Under the pieces are notes generated by a model, which was given only the letters and a program-made list of their open reading frames with translations, had not been told where the DNA came from and made no database searches. A stretch of 63,984 nucleotides of DNA, counting the filler, from Octopus bimaculoides (lineage: Eukaryota), in the NCBI RefSeq assembly GCF_001194135.2. It is 6 parts of 5 records of this genome, joined end to end, with 100 filler letters (N's around TTAATTAATTAA, not from the genome) between each part and the next. Parts side by side here need not be neighbours in the genome. Positions count along the whole stretch, not along the records: positions 1 to 6,549 come from NC_068990.1; positions 6,650 to 12,719 come from NC_068983.1; 4 more parts are not named here. One strand, given 5' to 3'. The translations under genes and the position numbers were made by a program. Shown piece after piece: positions 1-12,077 of the stretch; within the stretch, counting starts at the first letter, position 1; the number at the start of each line of letters is the position of its first letter.

Positions 1-59
<59 letters not shown>

Positions 60-520
60 CAGAAAGAAGAGAGAAAGACAGAGAAAGAGAGAGAGAGAAC
101 CAGATTTATCTAGATAAGACGATCGATCAATCGATTGATAGATATGTATACACAAACTTAATATATCATATTACCTCATATAATTCAGAACAAGTTTAGA
201 CTTTATTTCTTCAGCATTGTAATGAGATAGTGGTTTCTAGATATTAAATAAAGCTACAATACAGGCGTTGAATTGAATAATATTGTTAGATTAGGATTTG
301 ATGTACATTAACAACGATTAGCTTAACTCGTTGTAAGTATATATTAGTGAGTATTCTGAGGGTGACAGCCATTATTTGAACGAGAATACTGAAATGTATT
401 TTACAATGCTGGATAGAGAAATTTTTATTTTCTAGATATGTAGTTATATGCGTATGGGCGATGCGTTCTAATAAACTCAGCGTTCACTAGATATATGGAA
501 TAGAGTTCCTATGTTGCTGT

Positions 521-805
521 CTTTCAATGGTTCAAGTTTTAAAGTCGTTTCCAGCAGCTGAAACTCCAATGGCATTATTTGTAACTCAAGCCACAACATT
601 TTTCGTTATTTTCAAAAAAATTGGCTGAAGCTGTTAAACCGTTTTCAGCGATTTAAGCTGTGAAGATCTTTTCAGCGGCTCAAGTTGTAAAGTCTCCTCA
701 GTGACCCAAGCTGCAATGATGATTTCCGTGGATCAAACTATGAACTCATTTACAGTGGCTCAAGTTGTAATGTTGTTTTTAGTGGTTTAAGCTCTTAAGA
801 CACTG
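521..805. repeat. Degenerate ~27-bp minisatellite (consensus approx. TTTCAGTGGCTCAAGYTGTAAAGTCG)
   Basis: About 8-10 diverged units, e.g. ttttcagcggctcaagttgtaaagtc, tttacagtggctcaagttgtaatgttg, tttcaatggttcaagttttaaagtcg. Confidence 0.6.
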
Positions 806-1109
806 AAGTAAAAACGTTTAGCCCAAAAGATCAAGTGGTAAGTAATATTAGCTGAAATATGGTGGAATGCATAACAATTTTAGGCCTCAGATAACAAAAG
901 CAAGCAATCAATGAGGTATATATATTTGTGTGTCCATTTATATAAGTGATGTGCATGAGGAAAGAGGAAAAAGAGAAGCTGACAAAAAACAAAACAAAAA
1001 AATGGAAGAGCGTGTTGGAATCTTGAACATATATATATATATATATACACATACAAACACATGCACACATTTCTTTATTAATTGAGGAGATGACGTAGGT
1101 AACTAAAGG

Positions 1110-1285
1110 ACCTGGAGAAAGAGATTAATCGACTTCAGTAATGGATTGGGTCTTTATCTATCGACCCCGAGAAAACGCCGGGTAAAGTTAATTGCTGCGA
1201 GATTCGAACGGAGAGTACAAACAGCCTGTATACAATTGCTTCATGGTATCTTAACTGACGCTCTAGCGACTATGCCAACTAAAAG
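1110..1285 (-). mobile_element. Old, diverged SINE family A copy
   Basis: ttaatcgacttcagt...tttatctatcgaccccgagaaa...ggtaaagt...gagattcgaac aligns loosely to the younger copies at 2982 and 61134. Confidence 0.45.
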
Positions 1286-1343
1286 TGGAACCAGTGATCC
1301 ATAAGCTTTTAGAATTTTCTTCCGTTTTGTTACCTCCTTGCAG

Positions 1344-1405
1344 GTCCAGGTCTACTCTACCTTTCTACCTTCCTTACGAGGTCAATAAAATAAGGACGCG
1401 AGAAC
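1344..1405 (+). CDS. Candidate 62-nt internal exon (SRSTLPFYLPYEVNKIRTRE), protein unknown
   Basis: Pyrimidine-rich acceptor ttttgttacctccttgcag, donor gtatga, one frame open. No recognised homology. Confidence 0.25.
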
Positions 1406-2298
1406 GTATGATAGTGTGAAGTTTCAAAGGAAGTCAAGAGAAAAGTATATATATTTTCGGACTATGTTTCTTCATCTGAAAGAAATAAAAGCTCTAGGTA
1501 AAACAGAGAGAAGAGGTTGGTATGGAAAGTGTACAAAAAAAACCCCAAAAAACGATGACGTTATCAAGAAAAAGAAAGAAAAGGTTTCTCTAATCTGAAG
1601 GCGAGGTTCCTGTCTTATGAAGTGTCATCAGAAAGAATGAGGTGGTTATGTATGACGAAAGAACTTCGACAGACGTATAAAAAAAAAAAATAATAATAAT
1701 AATACGAATAATAACTAAAGTGAAGATCGAATAAATAGTGTTTGTTTAATTGGCAAAATTAAGAAATGTCCATCCCCAAGCATAGCAATATCTATTTTTA
1801 TGCTTGAGTAAAAATGTGTCTGCTTCTATAAAGGTAAGCGAGAAGATGAAGTGACTCAATGTAGGATTTATTTCTAAGTGTTTATGCATGTATGCTGGGT
1901 ATGCAAGTGAGTCTGAGTGCGCATGCGCACGTTTGAACGTGTGCATGAGCGTAGCTGCATAGAATGCTTGTGTTGAGGTGCAGATATATTTATGTTGCGT
2001 ATGTGTATGGAAATCATATGGCTTTCTATGCGTATGTGCGTGACTATTTGTGGGGCTTGTATATATGTGTGCGTGCTTATGTGAGTGCAAACATATGTGT
2101 TCGTGTGTCTATAATCGTGCATGTGTGTGTGCTAACGTATTAAGAATGTTCATGTATCTACCTGTTTACTATCGCTGTGTATATCTGTGTGAGATAGAGT
2201 GTGCTGCATGTTTGTGTATCTGGTTGGTCGGGGCGTTTTCAGTGTAGGTGTGTATTTTGGTCAATTTCGGGAGAATATTGTATGCGTTTCTGTTTTAA

Positions 2299-2350
<52 letters not shown>

Positions 2351-2696
2351 TGCGTGCCTGTGTCTGTGTGCGATATCTGTAAGAGAAGTTTTTCTGGAGG
2401 CAGAAGTCAAAATGAAAATTGAGACTAATCTGATAATAAAAAAAGCCCACCAAAATGTTGGCAGAGTGGCTGGACGCCATCTTAGGAAGGAGGCTAAAGA
2501 AGTCAAGAATTAGCTTAAGGTAACTGGATATTGGAGGCAGGAGACAAGGATGTACATATGTATGTGGTACTGGACGTTAGAGATGATGGATAGTATGGGC
2601 AGTGGTATGTGTACATATGGATAAAGATAATTACAACAACAATAGGGAGAACAATAATGAAAATATAACAACAACAATAACAGTAGTATTTATTAT

Positions 2697-2910
2697 GTTT
2701 ACATATTTCGGCGCAAGGCCGGCAAATGCGGGGGAGGCAGTAAGTTGATTACATCGACCTCAATACTCAAATGGTACTTAATTTATCGACCTCGAGAGGA
2801 TGAAAGGCAAAGTCGACCTCGGCGGAATTTGAACTCAGAACGTAAAAACAGACGAAATGCCACTAGGCATTTAGCCCGGCGTGCTAACGATTCTGCCAGC
2901 TCGCTGCCTT
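2697..2910 (-). mobile_element. tRNA-derived SINE family A, full length
   Basis: On the minus strand, head AAGGCAGCGAGCTGGCAGAATCGTTAGC, B-box-like GAGTTCAAATTCC and core GTCGACTTTGCCTTTCATCC...GTCGATAAATTAAGTACC. The core resembles the MetaSINE/MESC-type domain as I recall it. Many near-identical copies in this window. Confidence 0.9.
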
Positions 2911-2924
2911 ATAATTATTATTAT

Positions 2925-2981
<57 letters not shown>

Positions 2982-2983
<2 letters not shown>

Positions 2984-3204
2984 TGCTTTCAAAATTTGCC
3001 ACAAGGGCAGCCATTTTTGGGGGGAAGAGATAAGTCGATTACATCGATCGACCCCCAGTATTCCACAGGTACTTAACTTATCGGCCCCGAATGGATGAAA
3101 GGCAAAGTCGACCTCGGCGGAATTTGAACACAGAACGTAGCGACAGTCGAAATACCGCTAAGCATTTCGTCCAGTGTGCTAACGATTCTGCCAGCTCACT
3201 GCCT

Positions 3205-3205
<1 letters not shown>
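2982..3205 (-). mobile_element. SINE family A, full length, (ATT)n tail
   Basis: Same head and core as 2697-2910. Flanked by TAA and TAC/TAA tracts. Confidence 0.9.
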
Positions 3206-3289
<84 letters not shown>

Positions 3290-3320
3290 CATAATAATAA
3301 TAAATAATAATAATAATAAT

Positions 3321-3781
3321 CCTGAAGGCATTGTCGAAAATAGAAATGCAAAGATCCTATGGGATTTTATGATTCAGTGCCACCATGAGATAGAGAATAA
3401 GAAGCCGGACATAGTCTTAATTGAGAAAGAAAACAAACTATGCTGGATCATAGATATATCATGCCCTGCTGACAACGAGGAAGAAAGAAAAGTCGAGAGA
3501 TATGACAGTAACCTGGGAAGTTAAGCAGTTGTGGTCGATGAAAAAGGTAGCAGTGGTACCTATAATTGTCGGAGCCCTGGGAACAGTGAGCAAACATCTC
3601 GAGAAGTACGTGGAACAAATAGGAGCTGCAATAAGGGTGGAATACTTGCAGGAAACAGCACTGCTTGCAACCGCTCGAATACTCCGGAAGGTGCTCCAAA
3701 AATAAAAGGTGTTACCTCAGTTCACTGGTAGTGAACAGCTGACACCGTAGTACATCTCCAGCGTTAGAAGCTGTGCAAAGG
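3321..3781 (+). mobile_element. 5'-truncated R4/Dong-clade non-LTR retrotransposon: restriction-like endonuclease C-terminus and 3' UTR
   Basis: PEGIVENRNAKILWDFMIQCHHEIENKKPDIVLIEKENKLCWIIDISCPAD..KVERY, frameshift, then WEVKQLWSMKKVAVVPIIVGALG..LQETALLATARILRKVL*. PD-(D/E)xK-type motif. (TAA)n upstream, (CAA)n(TAA)n downstream. Confidence 0.85.
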
Positions 3782-3782
3782 C

Positions 3783-3815
<33 letters not shown>

Positions 3816-3818
3816 AAC

Positions 3819-3854
<36 letters not shown>

Positions 3855-4080
3855 NNNNNNNNNNNNNNNNNNNNNNNNNNNNNNNNNNNNNNNNNNNNNN
3901 NNNNNNNNNNNNNNNNNNNNNNNNNNNNNNNNNNNNNNNNNNNNNNNNNNNNNNNNNNNNNNNNNNNNNNNNNNNNNNNNNNNNNNNNNNNNNNNNNNNN
4001 NNNNNNNNNNNNNNNNNNNNNNNNNNNNNNNNNNNNNNNNNNNNNNNNNNNNNNNNNNNNNNNNNNNNNNNNNNNNNNNN

Positions 4081-4132
<52 letters not shown>

Positions 4133-4499
4133 CATACACACACACACACATACACACACACACACACTCTCTCTCTCTCTCTTTCACACACACACAGATA
4201 AACATCCATGTTTATATGCGTGCTTTCTGTGAATTCAAGCGTGTGTGTGCGTGTGCATGTATATAACACATACAGATCTACATGCATAAATACATACATA
4301 CATAGAAACATACATACATACATCTTTGTATGCCTGATGGGTTCACCTGTCGATTTCAAAGCGTTAGCAGTCAATGCTTTGATCAACTGGAACTAGGGTT
4401 GAACTACCTGATTATTTCGCAATCAGGTGGTCCCTTAGCGTAATTCTTAAATAAAATCAGTGAGGATCCTAGAACTTTGAACAACTGTGACAGTCCATC

Positions 4500-4630
4500 T
4501 GAAGTGCTTCTGCGTAGTTTCCATCTGCATAAGGTTTAGGTCTAGCCAACAACATAGTAAAGGCACGTGAGATGACTGTGGTGGGATCGAACCAGGGTCT
4601 TCATGCATGCGATGAGAAATTCCGAATTAT
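4500..4630 (-). mobile_element. Diverged SINE head (family B-like)
   Basis: Minus strand has B-box-like GGTTCGATCCC followed by tactat..gacctaaacc..gatggaaact, similar to family B 5' halves. Confidence 0.35.
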
Positions 4631-4699
4631 TCATTCATGCTAGTGAGTAGTGTGTGTGTTTGTGTGCGAGTGTGTGTGTGTGTGTGTGTGTTTGTGTGC

Positions 4700-4746
<47 letters not shown>

Positions 4747-5586
4747 NNNNNNNNNNNNNNNNNNNNNNNNNNNNNNNNNNNNNNNNNNNNNNNNNNNNNN
4801 NNNNNNNNNNNNNNNNNNNNNNNNNNNNNNNNNNNNNNNNNNNNNNNNNNNNNNNNNNNNNNNNNNNNNNNNNNNNNNNNNNNNNNNNNNNNNNNNNNNN
4901 NNNNNNNNNNNNNNNNNNNNNNNNNNNNNNNNNNNNNNNNNNNNNNNNNNNNNNNNNNNNNNNNNNNNNNNNNNNNNNNNNNNNNNNNNNNNNNNNNNNN
5001 NNNNNNNNNNNNNNNNNNNNNNNNNNNNNNNNNNNNNNNNNNNNNNNNNNNNNNNNNNNNNNNNNNNNNNNNNNNNNNNNNNNNNNNNNNNNNNNNNNNN
5101 NNNNNNNNNNNNNNNNNNNNNNNNNNNNNNNNNNNNNNNNNNNNNNNNNNNNNNNNNNNNNNNNNNNNNNNNNNNNNNNNNNNNNNNNNNNNNNNNNNNN
5201 NNNNNNNNNNNNNNNNNNNNNNNNNNNNNNNNNNNNNNNNNNNNNNNNNNNNNNNNNNNNNNNNNNNNNNNNNNNNNNNNNNNNNNNNNNNNNNNNNNNN
5301 NNNNNNNNNNNNNNNNNNNNNNNNNNNNNNNNNNNNNNNNNNNNNNNNNNNNNNNNNNNNNNNNNNNNNNNNNNNNNNNNNNNNNNNNNNNNNNNNNNNN
5401 NNNNNNNNNNNNNNNNNNNNNCGTATGTATGTATGTATGTGTGTATAGATGGATGGATGGAATGGTGGCTGGATGTATGAATGAACGAATGAATATCTAT
5501 ATACAGATATATACATTTATGTATATATATATATTTATGTTTGTATGATGATATATATGTGTGTGTGCGTGTGTGTGTGTATATAT

Positions 5587-5618
<32 letters not shown>

Positions 5619-6890
5619 GAACATTAATTTATGAATTTAAGCACAGTCATAAAATCATACATATATATAGATATGTATGCATGCATAAAAAATATATAGA
5701 TATATATATACATATGCGTGCTGGTGTGTATGTATGTGTGTGTGAAAGAGATAGGCTAGGTGTTTGTATGAATGTATACATGTGTATGTGTGTATGTGTG
5801 TGTGTGTGTGTATGTGTGTGTGTGTGTGTGTATGTGTGTGTGTGTGCGTGGGTCCATANNNNNNNNNNTGTGTGTGTATGTGTGTGTGTGTGTGTGTATG
5901 TGTGTGTGTGTGCGTGGGTCCATATCTTTGTTTCTATCTGGAGAATAGCAGTAGCGAATACTGGAAGCACCCGCCCATCGCCCACCCTCTTTCATAATTA
6001 TCTTTGCTAAACACATTTATTGCCATGCATTTTATATAGTACGTCTCCTATATCCAGCCAAACGAGGGTACGGCCTCCAATTAATTTGTAAACGCCCTGT
6101 TTATACAGGTGTCAATACAACGAATTCCCTCACACTCATTATACATACAATTCCAGCGCTGTTTTGTGTCATTGCTTCTAAAACAGCAGAACTTATGACT
6201 TCCAACCGTTTCCAACCGTTTCCACACTTTAAAAATTTTCTCTTTGATATCACGGTAAATCATTTAAAAACTTTTGGCTTTATTTACGTTTGAAAGAGTG
6301 CAAAAGCTAGTCGGGCGAACTCGATTTCACCTACGCATTCATAAACATGCTCTCATAGCTTGTACTGACACTCATAAACAATTAGTTACACTCATACACC
6401 CAAACAATATGCTTACACATACACGCTGTAATAAGTACATACTTACGCTGGAAGACGTACAGCCACAAACAGACAAGCAAATATATACTTATAATATTAT
6501 ATGCATGTGTGCTTATATGTATGTATGTTTATATGAATGCATATTTGTANNNNNNNNNNNNNNNNNNNNNNNNNNNNNNNNNNNNNNNNNNNNTTAATTA
6601 ATTAANNNNNNNNNNNNNNNNNNNNNNNNNNNNNNNNNNNNNNNNNNNNATATATTTATATATATATACACATGCATATATGGGTACAGAAAGTCACCAA
6701 CGGTTCAAACAACGTGAAATACGTAAACACACGGGTTAAATACATAAACAACGAGAATAAATGGAAAACAGGACAAATAAACACAGAAAAAGGACCCTTC
6801 ATCAGTTGTCGGCTGTGTATCTACTCCTCATTTCGAGCATTCAAACCGTTGGTGACGTACTGTTCCCATATATGCATGTATATATGTATA

Positions 6891-6923
<33 letters not shown>

Positions 6924-6990
6924 AGATAGATAGATAGATAGATAGATGGATAGATAGATAGATAGATAGATAGATATGTGGTTCTGGCGA

Positions 6991-7188
6991 TTGTCTGCTC
7001 TCCAACACTTGACGACCAGCGTAGAAGATTTGTTGAATTCCTCAGAACTTAGCAGTTCGTCGAAAGCAAACGATGGAATAAGTACCAGACTTTAAAATAA
7101 GTACTCGGATCGAATTCTTCGAGGGAACCCATCAAGATGGTACCCCAGCATGGTCGCAATCCAAAGACTGAAACAAGTAAATAATGAA
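6991..7188 (+). mobile_element. SINE family B, 3' half
   Basis: cttgacgaccag..gaacttagcagttcg..gaataagtacc..ccagcatggtcgcaatccaaagactgaaacaagtaaa matches 13459-13585 and 63158-63372. Confidence 0.75.
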
Positions 7189-7326
7189 TAGTTATCACAT
7201 GATCAAAAACCTAAGTCAACAAATTTCATTAAAAATGGTAATTTTCTTTTGTTACGAAGATATAAGGCGCCCATACTACACCTCATATGCTAGGTCTTTC
7301 TCTTAGTCTCTGTCTGTCTGCCTGAC

Positions 7327-7369
<43 letters not shown>

Positions 7370-7383
7370 GTCTCTCTCTCTCT

Positions 7384-7422
<39 letters not shown>

Positions 7423-9496
7423 NNNNNNNNNNNNNNNNNNNNNNNNNNNNNNNNNNNNNNNNNNNNNNNNNNNNNNNNNNNNNNNNNNNNNNNNNNNNNN
7501 NNNNNNNNNNNNNNNNNNNNNNNNNNNNNNNNNNNNNNNNNNNNNNNNNNNNNNNNNNNNNNNNNNNNNNNNNNNNNNNNNNNNNNNNNNNNNNNNNNNN
7601 NNNNNNNNNNNNNNNNNNNNNNNNNNNNNNNNNNNNNNNNNNNNNNNNNNNNNNNNNNNNNNNNNNNNNNNNNNNNNNNNNNNNNNNNNNNNNNNNNNNN
7701 NNNNNNNNNNNNNNNNNNNNNNNNNNNNNNNNNNNNNNNNNNNNNNNNNNNNNNNNNNNNNNNNNNNNNNNNNNNNNNNNNNNNNNNNNNNNNNNNNNNN
7801 NNNNNNNNNNNNNNNNNNNNNNNNNNNNNNNNNNNNNNNNNNNNNNNNNNNNNNNNNNNNNNNNNNNNNNNNNNNNNNNNNNNNNNNNNNNNNNNNNNNN
7901 NNNNNNNNNNNNNATGTGACACAGAGCTTGGCTGCTCTGCATTGACAAGGAGCAACACCCTGAAACTAGTCTGCAGATGCCAAACCAGCATGGGGGACAC
8001 TGCTGACCTCCCCTGTTCGAAGGTTATAAAGGACACAGGTTTCGTGTGTCACATAGCTAGCTAGAGGCGATGGCTTCTTGGAGCTAATTCACGGCAGCTT
8101 TCGTCCTAAGTTTGGGACTGCCATGTTGGCTTGATGATAACTATTAATTTCCAGTACCGCTGCCGTAGTCTCCTTTAGAGAGACTTAGAAATATTAATAA
8201 CTCTCTCTCTATATATATATATACTTACGCAAGTATATATGCATATATGTATTTATACACCCACATTTGTACATACATATAATATTACAAATTCAATTAG
8301 GAATGTTTCCAAGTGCCAATTCCCAATACATACGTTTTTCGTTTATGATTTCTACAATAACATCCTAGCAATTGTGTAGATTTTAAAGTATCCCCGTTAT
8401 TTTCTGTTTCTTCATAAAATATAGTGTGAAGTATAAATCTTGTAACAAAAAAGAAAAAAAAACGTTGGTGTTATTTTGTATTGTTTCTCGAAGTTTCTTT
8501 TAAACCATTACATTAATGAGTGTAGAATTATAAATTTCAACATGCCATCTCATCTTTAGTATCCATCATCAATTATAGTTGTCTGCTGAAAATGTATTTA
8601 ATGTAGATAAACAATAGGCTTACTGAAGAACTTTAGAAAATCTCGATGGTGTTCAAAATAATCTGTACATATCAGGAATGAAATTATATACGTGATTCAG
8701 TCGTAGACAGAGCACAGACAGAAACATACCCGCACACGTATATCTGTGTTTAGGTCAGCGTGTGCTTGCTGGTATATGTGCGTGTACATGTAGAGACATG
8801 CTTAATGCGTTCGATCGAATCCAGACCAGAGAAGAGCTACCGCTGCTGGAGTAATTCCGGAAGAAAGGTCTCAAGAAAGGACTTGTGTAAATACACATTT
8901 AGCTTTGAGCTGTGAGTAAAGTCATTCAATCGTAGGACTCATACACACGCACGCGCGTGAGCGCAACGCAGCTTGGATAACGAACAGAGTCAACAACTAT
9001 TGTCAACATTGCAAGACGCAACGAAAATAGAAAAATAAGCAATTTAATGAGTGGAAATTTTACCGGTGAGTGTGTTAGATTATAAGACACTAAAACAGAA
9101 TGACTATACCCAGAGCAACAGAATATAAACATNNNNNNNNNNNNNNNNNNNNNNNNNNNNNNNNNNNNNNNNNNNNNNNNNNNNNNNNNNNNNNNNNNNN
9201 NNNNNNNNNNNNNNNNNNNNNNNNNNNNNNNNNNNNNNNNNNNNNNNNNNNNNNNNNNNNNNNNNNNNNNNNNNNNNNNNNNNNNNNNNNNNNNNNNNNN
9301 NNNNNNNNNNNNNNNNNNNNNNNNNNNNNNNNNNNNNNNNNNNNNNNNNNNNNNNNNNNNNNNNNNNNNNNNNNNNNNNNNNNNNNNNNNNNNNNNNNNN
9401 NNNNNNNNNNNNNNNNNNNNNNNNNNNNNNNNTATACATACATATATACATATAAATATATGTATGTGTATTCCATAAATACATTCTATAGATAGG

Positions 9497-9541
<45 letters not shown>

Positions 9542-9829
9542 CATTGTCTTGTTATTTGTATATCACCGAATTTGCAGTTTCTTGCGTGAAGAAACGCCAT
9601 TCAGCTAAGAACGGAAAATCAAATTTTTGTATGAATAAGCCAAATAAGTCATTGAATGATGCGATGAAGGCTTGTCTGTGATGGTTACGTATAATAAGTG
9701 ATATTGACTAGAATCAAATTAACCTGTGATGGTCAATACTGGAAATACAATGCTGCTATGACAGTAAAATATATGTGTCTCGGCAAAGCAAACATTACAC
9801 CAATGCTGCTGCTACGGATAACGATGATG

Positions 9830-10299
9830 CTGTTGTTGTTGGTGGTGATGGCGAGTTAGGAGGATATGGTGTTGGTGAAGATGATGATGATGAGGATGAT
9901 GAGGACGGTGAAGAGATGACGCGAAGGATGAAGAAGGGCAGGAAGATAACGCTGACTTTGGTGTTGATGACGGCGATGGCGATGGGGATAATGAACAGAC
10001 CTGGTGATGATGATGACGACGACAGCGACGATTACGATGACGATGACAACGACGAGGGTGATTATGATGATGTTGAAGATGATGATGATGATGATGATGT
10101 TGATGATGACGACGACGAGAATGATGATGATGATAATGATGATGATGATGATGATGGCGATGGCGAGGATGATGATGACGACGATGACGACGATGACGTA
10201 GATGACGATGACGATAATGATGACGATAACGATGATAATGATGATAATGATGATAAGGATGGTCATGACGATGATGACGATGATGACGATGACAGCGAT

Positions 10300-10340
<41 letters not shown>

Positions 10341-10400
10341 TGATGATGATGATGAAGATGACGACGGCGAAGATGATAATGATGAAGATGATGATCTCTA
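9830..10400. repeat. Compound (GAT/GAC)n trinucleotide tract, followed by (GTAT)n to ~10535
   Basis: Direct inspection. The 295-aa poly-Asp ORF runs on into (GTAT)n-encoded VCMY repeats, so it is not a gene. Confidence 0.9.
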
Positions 10401-11126
10401 TCATGTACATGATGCCAATAAAGATGTATGTATGTATGTATGTATGTATGTGTATGTATGTATGCATATGTATGTATGTATGTATGTATGCATGTATGTA
10501 TGTATGTATGTATATGTATGTATGTATGTATGTATGACATACGTTACCAAAGATTTAGCTGAAAGCACACACAGCGAACCCCTGATACTAGACCAGACAG
10601 ACTTTTATAGATTTTTCTTCCTTTTTCTTTTTTCGTTTTTTTTTTCCTTCTTCTTTTTATGACGATATTGCACATTGGCTGAAGCTAATCATTGAATAGT
10701 AAATATATCCATATATTGGAAACTTCTCCATTTAGAACTTGGATGGATTATTCATATATTGACAATTCGATCTGTCTATAACAGATCTACAAATCACAGT
10801 GACAAACAATCCTGCAGAAATATCAAAAATTTATCAGACCTTTAATCAAGTGTCCATTTTAAAACTGATTGTATTAATTTTTATATTCCTACGTAGACGA
10901 TGATAAACATACAAATACAGACGTATATTAATGACATGGCCGGTCATTAATTTTGTGTTGCTTTCTTGGCTGTAGTTAATAATTAAAATATAATTAAGCA
11001 GGTCGTAAAATGGAGGATTTATAATCTACTAAAATTTGTTTTTATTTTTTAATTATCAGTTTTACAAATGTTCTATTAGTAGACTGATTGAAAGTCAAAC
11101 TTGATATTTTCTTCATATTTTTTTTG

Positions 11127-12003
11127 TAGGTGTAGGTGTGGCGCTATGGTGAGGAGTCTTCTCCCCAACCAAGGGGTCCTGGTTTCAGTCCAATTGCGTG
11201 ATACCTTGGGAAAGTGTCTTTTTCTATTGTTGACCGAAGTTTTGTGAGTGCGTTTGGTAGATGTATATATATATATTTATTTTTTATTGCCCTCTGGGGG
11301 ATAAACATAGAAGGGATAAACAAGGACGGGCATTGGGTCGGTTACATCGACCCCAGTTCGTAACTGGTACTTATTTAATAGACCTCGAAAGGATAAAAGG
11401 CTAAGTCGGCCTCGGCGGAACGTAACGGCAGACGAAATACCGCTGAGAATTTCGTCAGGTGTGCTAACGTTTCTTCTTTCTTTATTGCCCACAAGGGGCT
11501 AAACGAAGAGGAGAACAAACAAGGACAGACAAAGGGATTAAGTCGATTACATCAACCCCAGTGCGTAACTGGTACTTAATTTATCGATGCGCAAAGGATG
11601 AAAGGCAAAGTCGACCTCGGCGGAATTTGAACTAAGAACGTAAAGACAGACGAAATATCGCTGAAGCATTTCGCCCGGCGTGCTAGCGTTTCTGCCAGCT
11701 CACCACCTTGGTAGATGTATATAGGTATGTCGTTATATATGTGTGTCCACGCGTGTGTATGCGTATGAACTTGCGTGTGTGTTGTGTGTGTGTGTGTGCG
11801 TATGTCCACCACCACCACCGCCTCTTGACAACAGTGTTAGTTTGTTTACTTCCCTGTAATTTAGCGCTCAAGCAAAAAGGCCGATAGAATGGTACCATTC
11901 TTCAAAAGAAAATATGTGCTAGGATCGATTCGTTCGCCTAAAAAATTTCTTCAAGGCGGTGCACCAGCATGGCCGCAGACTAAGAACCGAAACATATAAA
12001 AGA
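11127..12003 (+). mobile_element. SINE family B (tRNA head, accttgggaaagtgtct core) interrupted by a family A dimer
   Basis: Head 11127-11269, 3' half 11710-12003 ending ccagcatggccgcag..gaaac..aaaag. Confidence 0.75.
11277..11709 (-). mobile_element. Tandem dimer of SINE family A nested in the family B copy
   Basis: Full copy 11473-11709 followed by a head-clipped copy 11277-11472. 14-bp TSD GGTAGATGTATATA at 11256-11269 and 11710-11723. Confidence 0.85.
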
Positions 12004-12024
12004 TAGACAGACATATACACATAC

Positions 12025-12077
12025 ATAGGCGCAAGCGTGACTATGTGTTAAGAAGCTTGCTTTCCAAACACAAGGTG
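12025..12077 (+). mobile_element. SINE family B head fragment
   Basis: ataggcgcaagcgtgactatgtgttaagaagcttgctttccaaacac matches the reverse complement of the head at ~49550-49576. Confidence 0.55.

Noticed and set aside
5800-5925. Duplicated sequence on both sides of a 10-N gap (similar at 57553-57562)
   Set aside because: Typical unresolved contig overlap in simple repeats.
6550-6649. TTAATTAATTAA embedded in N runs (also 12720-12819, 34367-34466, 52800-52899, 62193-62292)
   Set aside because: Always exactly 44 N + 12 nt + 44 N = 100 nt, and the 12-mer has stops in all six frames. It is a scaffolding linker, not a biological spaced repeat.
9775-10662. 295-aa acidic ORF and overlapping His/Ile/Met-rich ORFs
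   Set aside because: Translation of (GAT/GAC)n and (GTAT)n microsatellites. Open in several frames at once.
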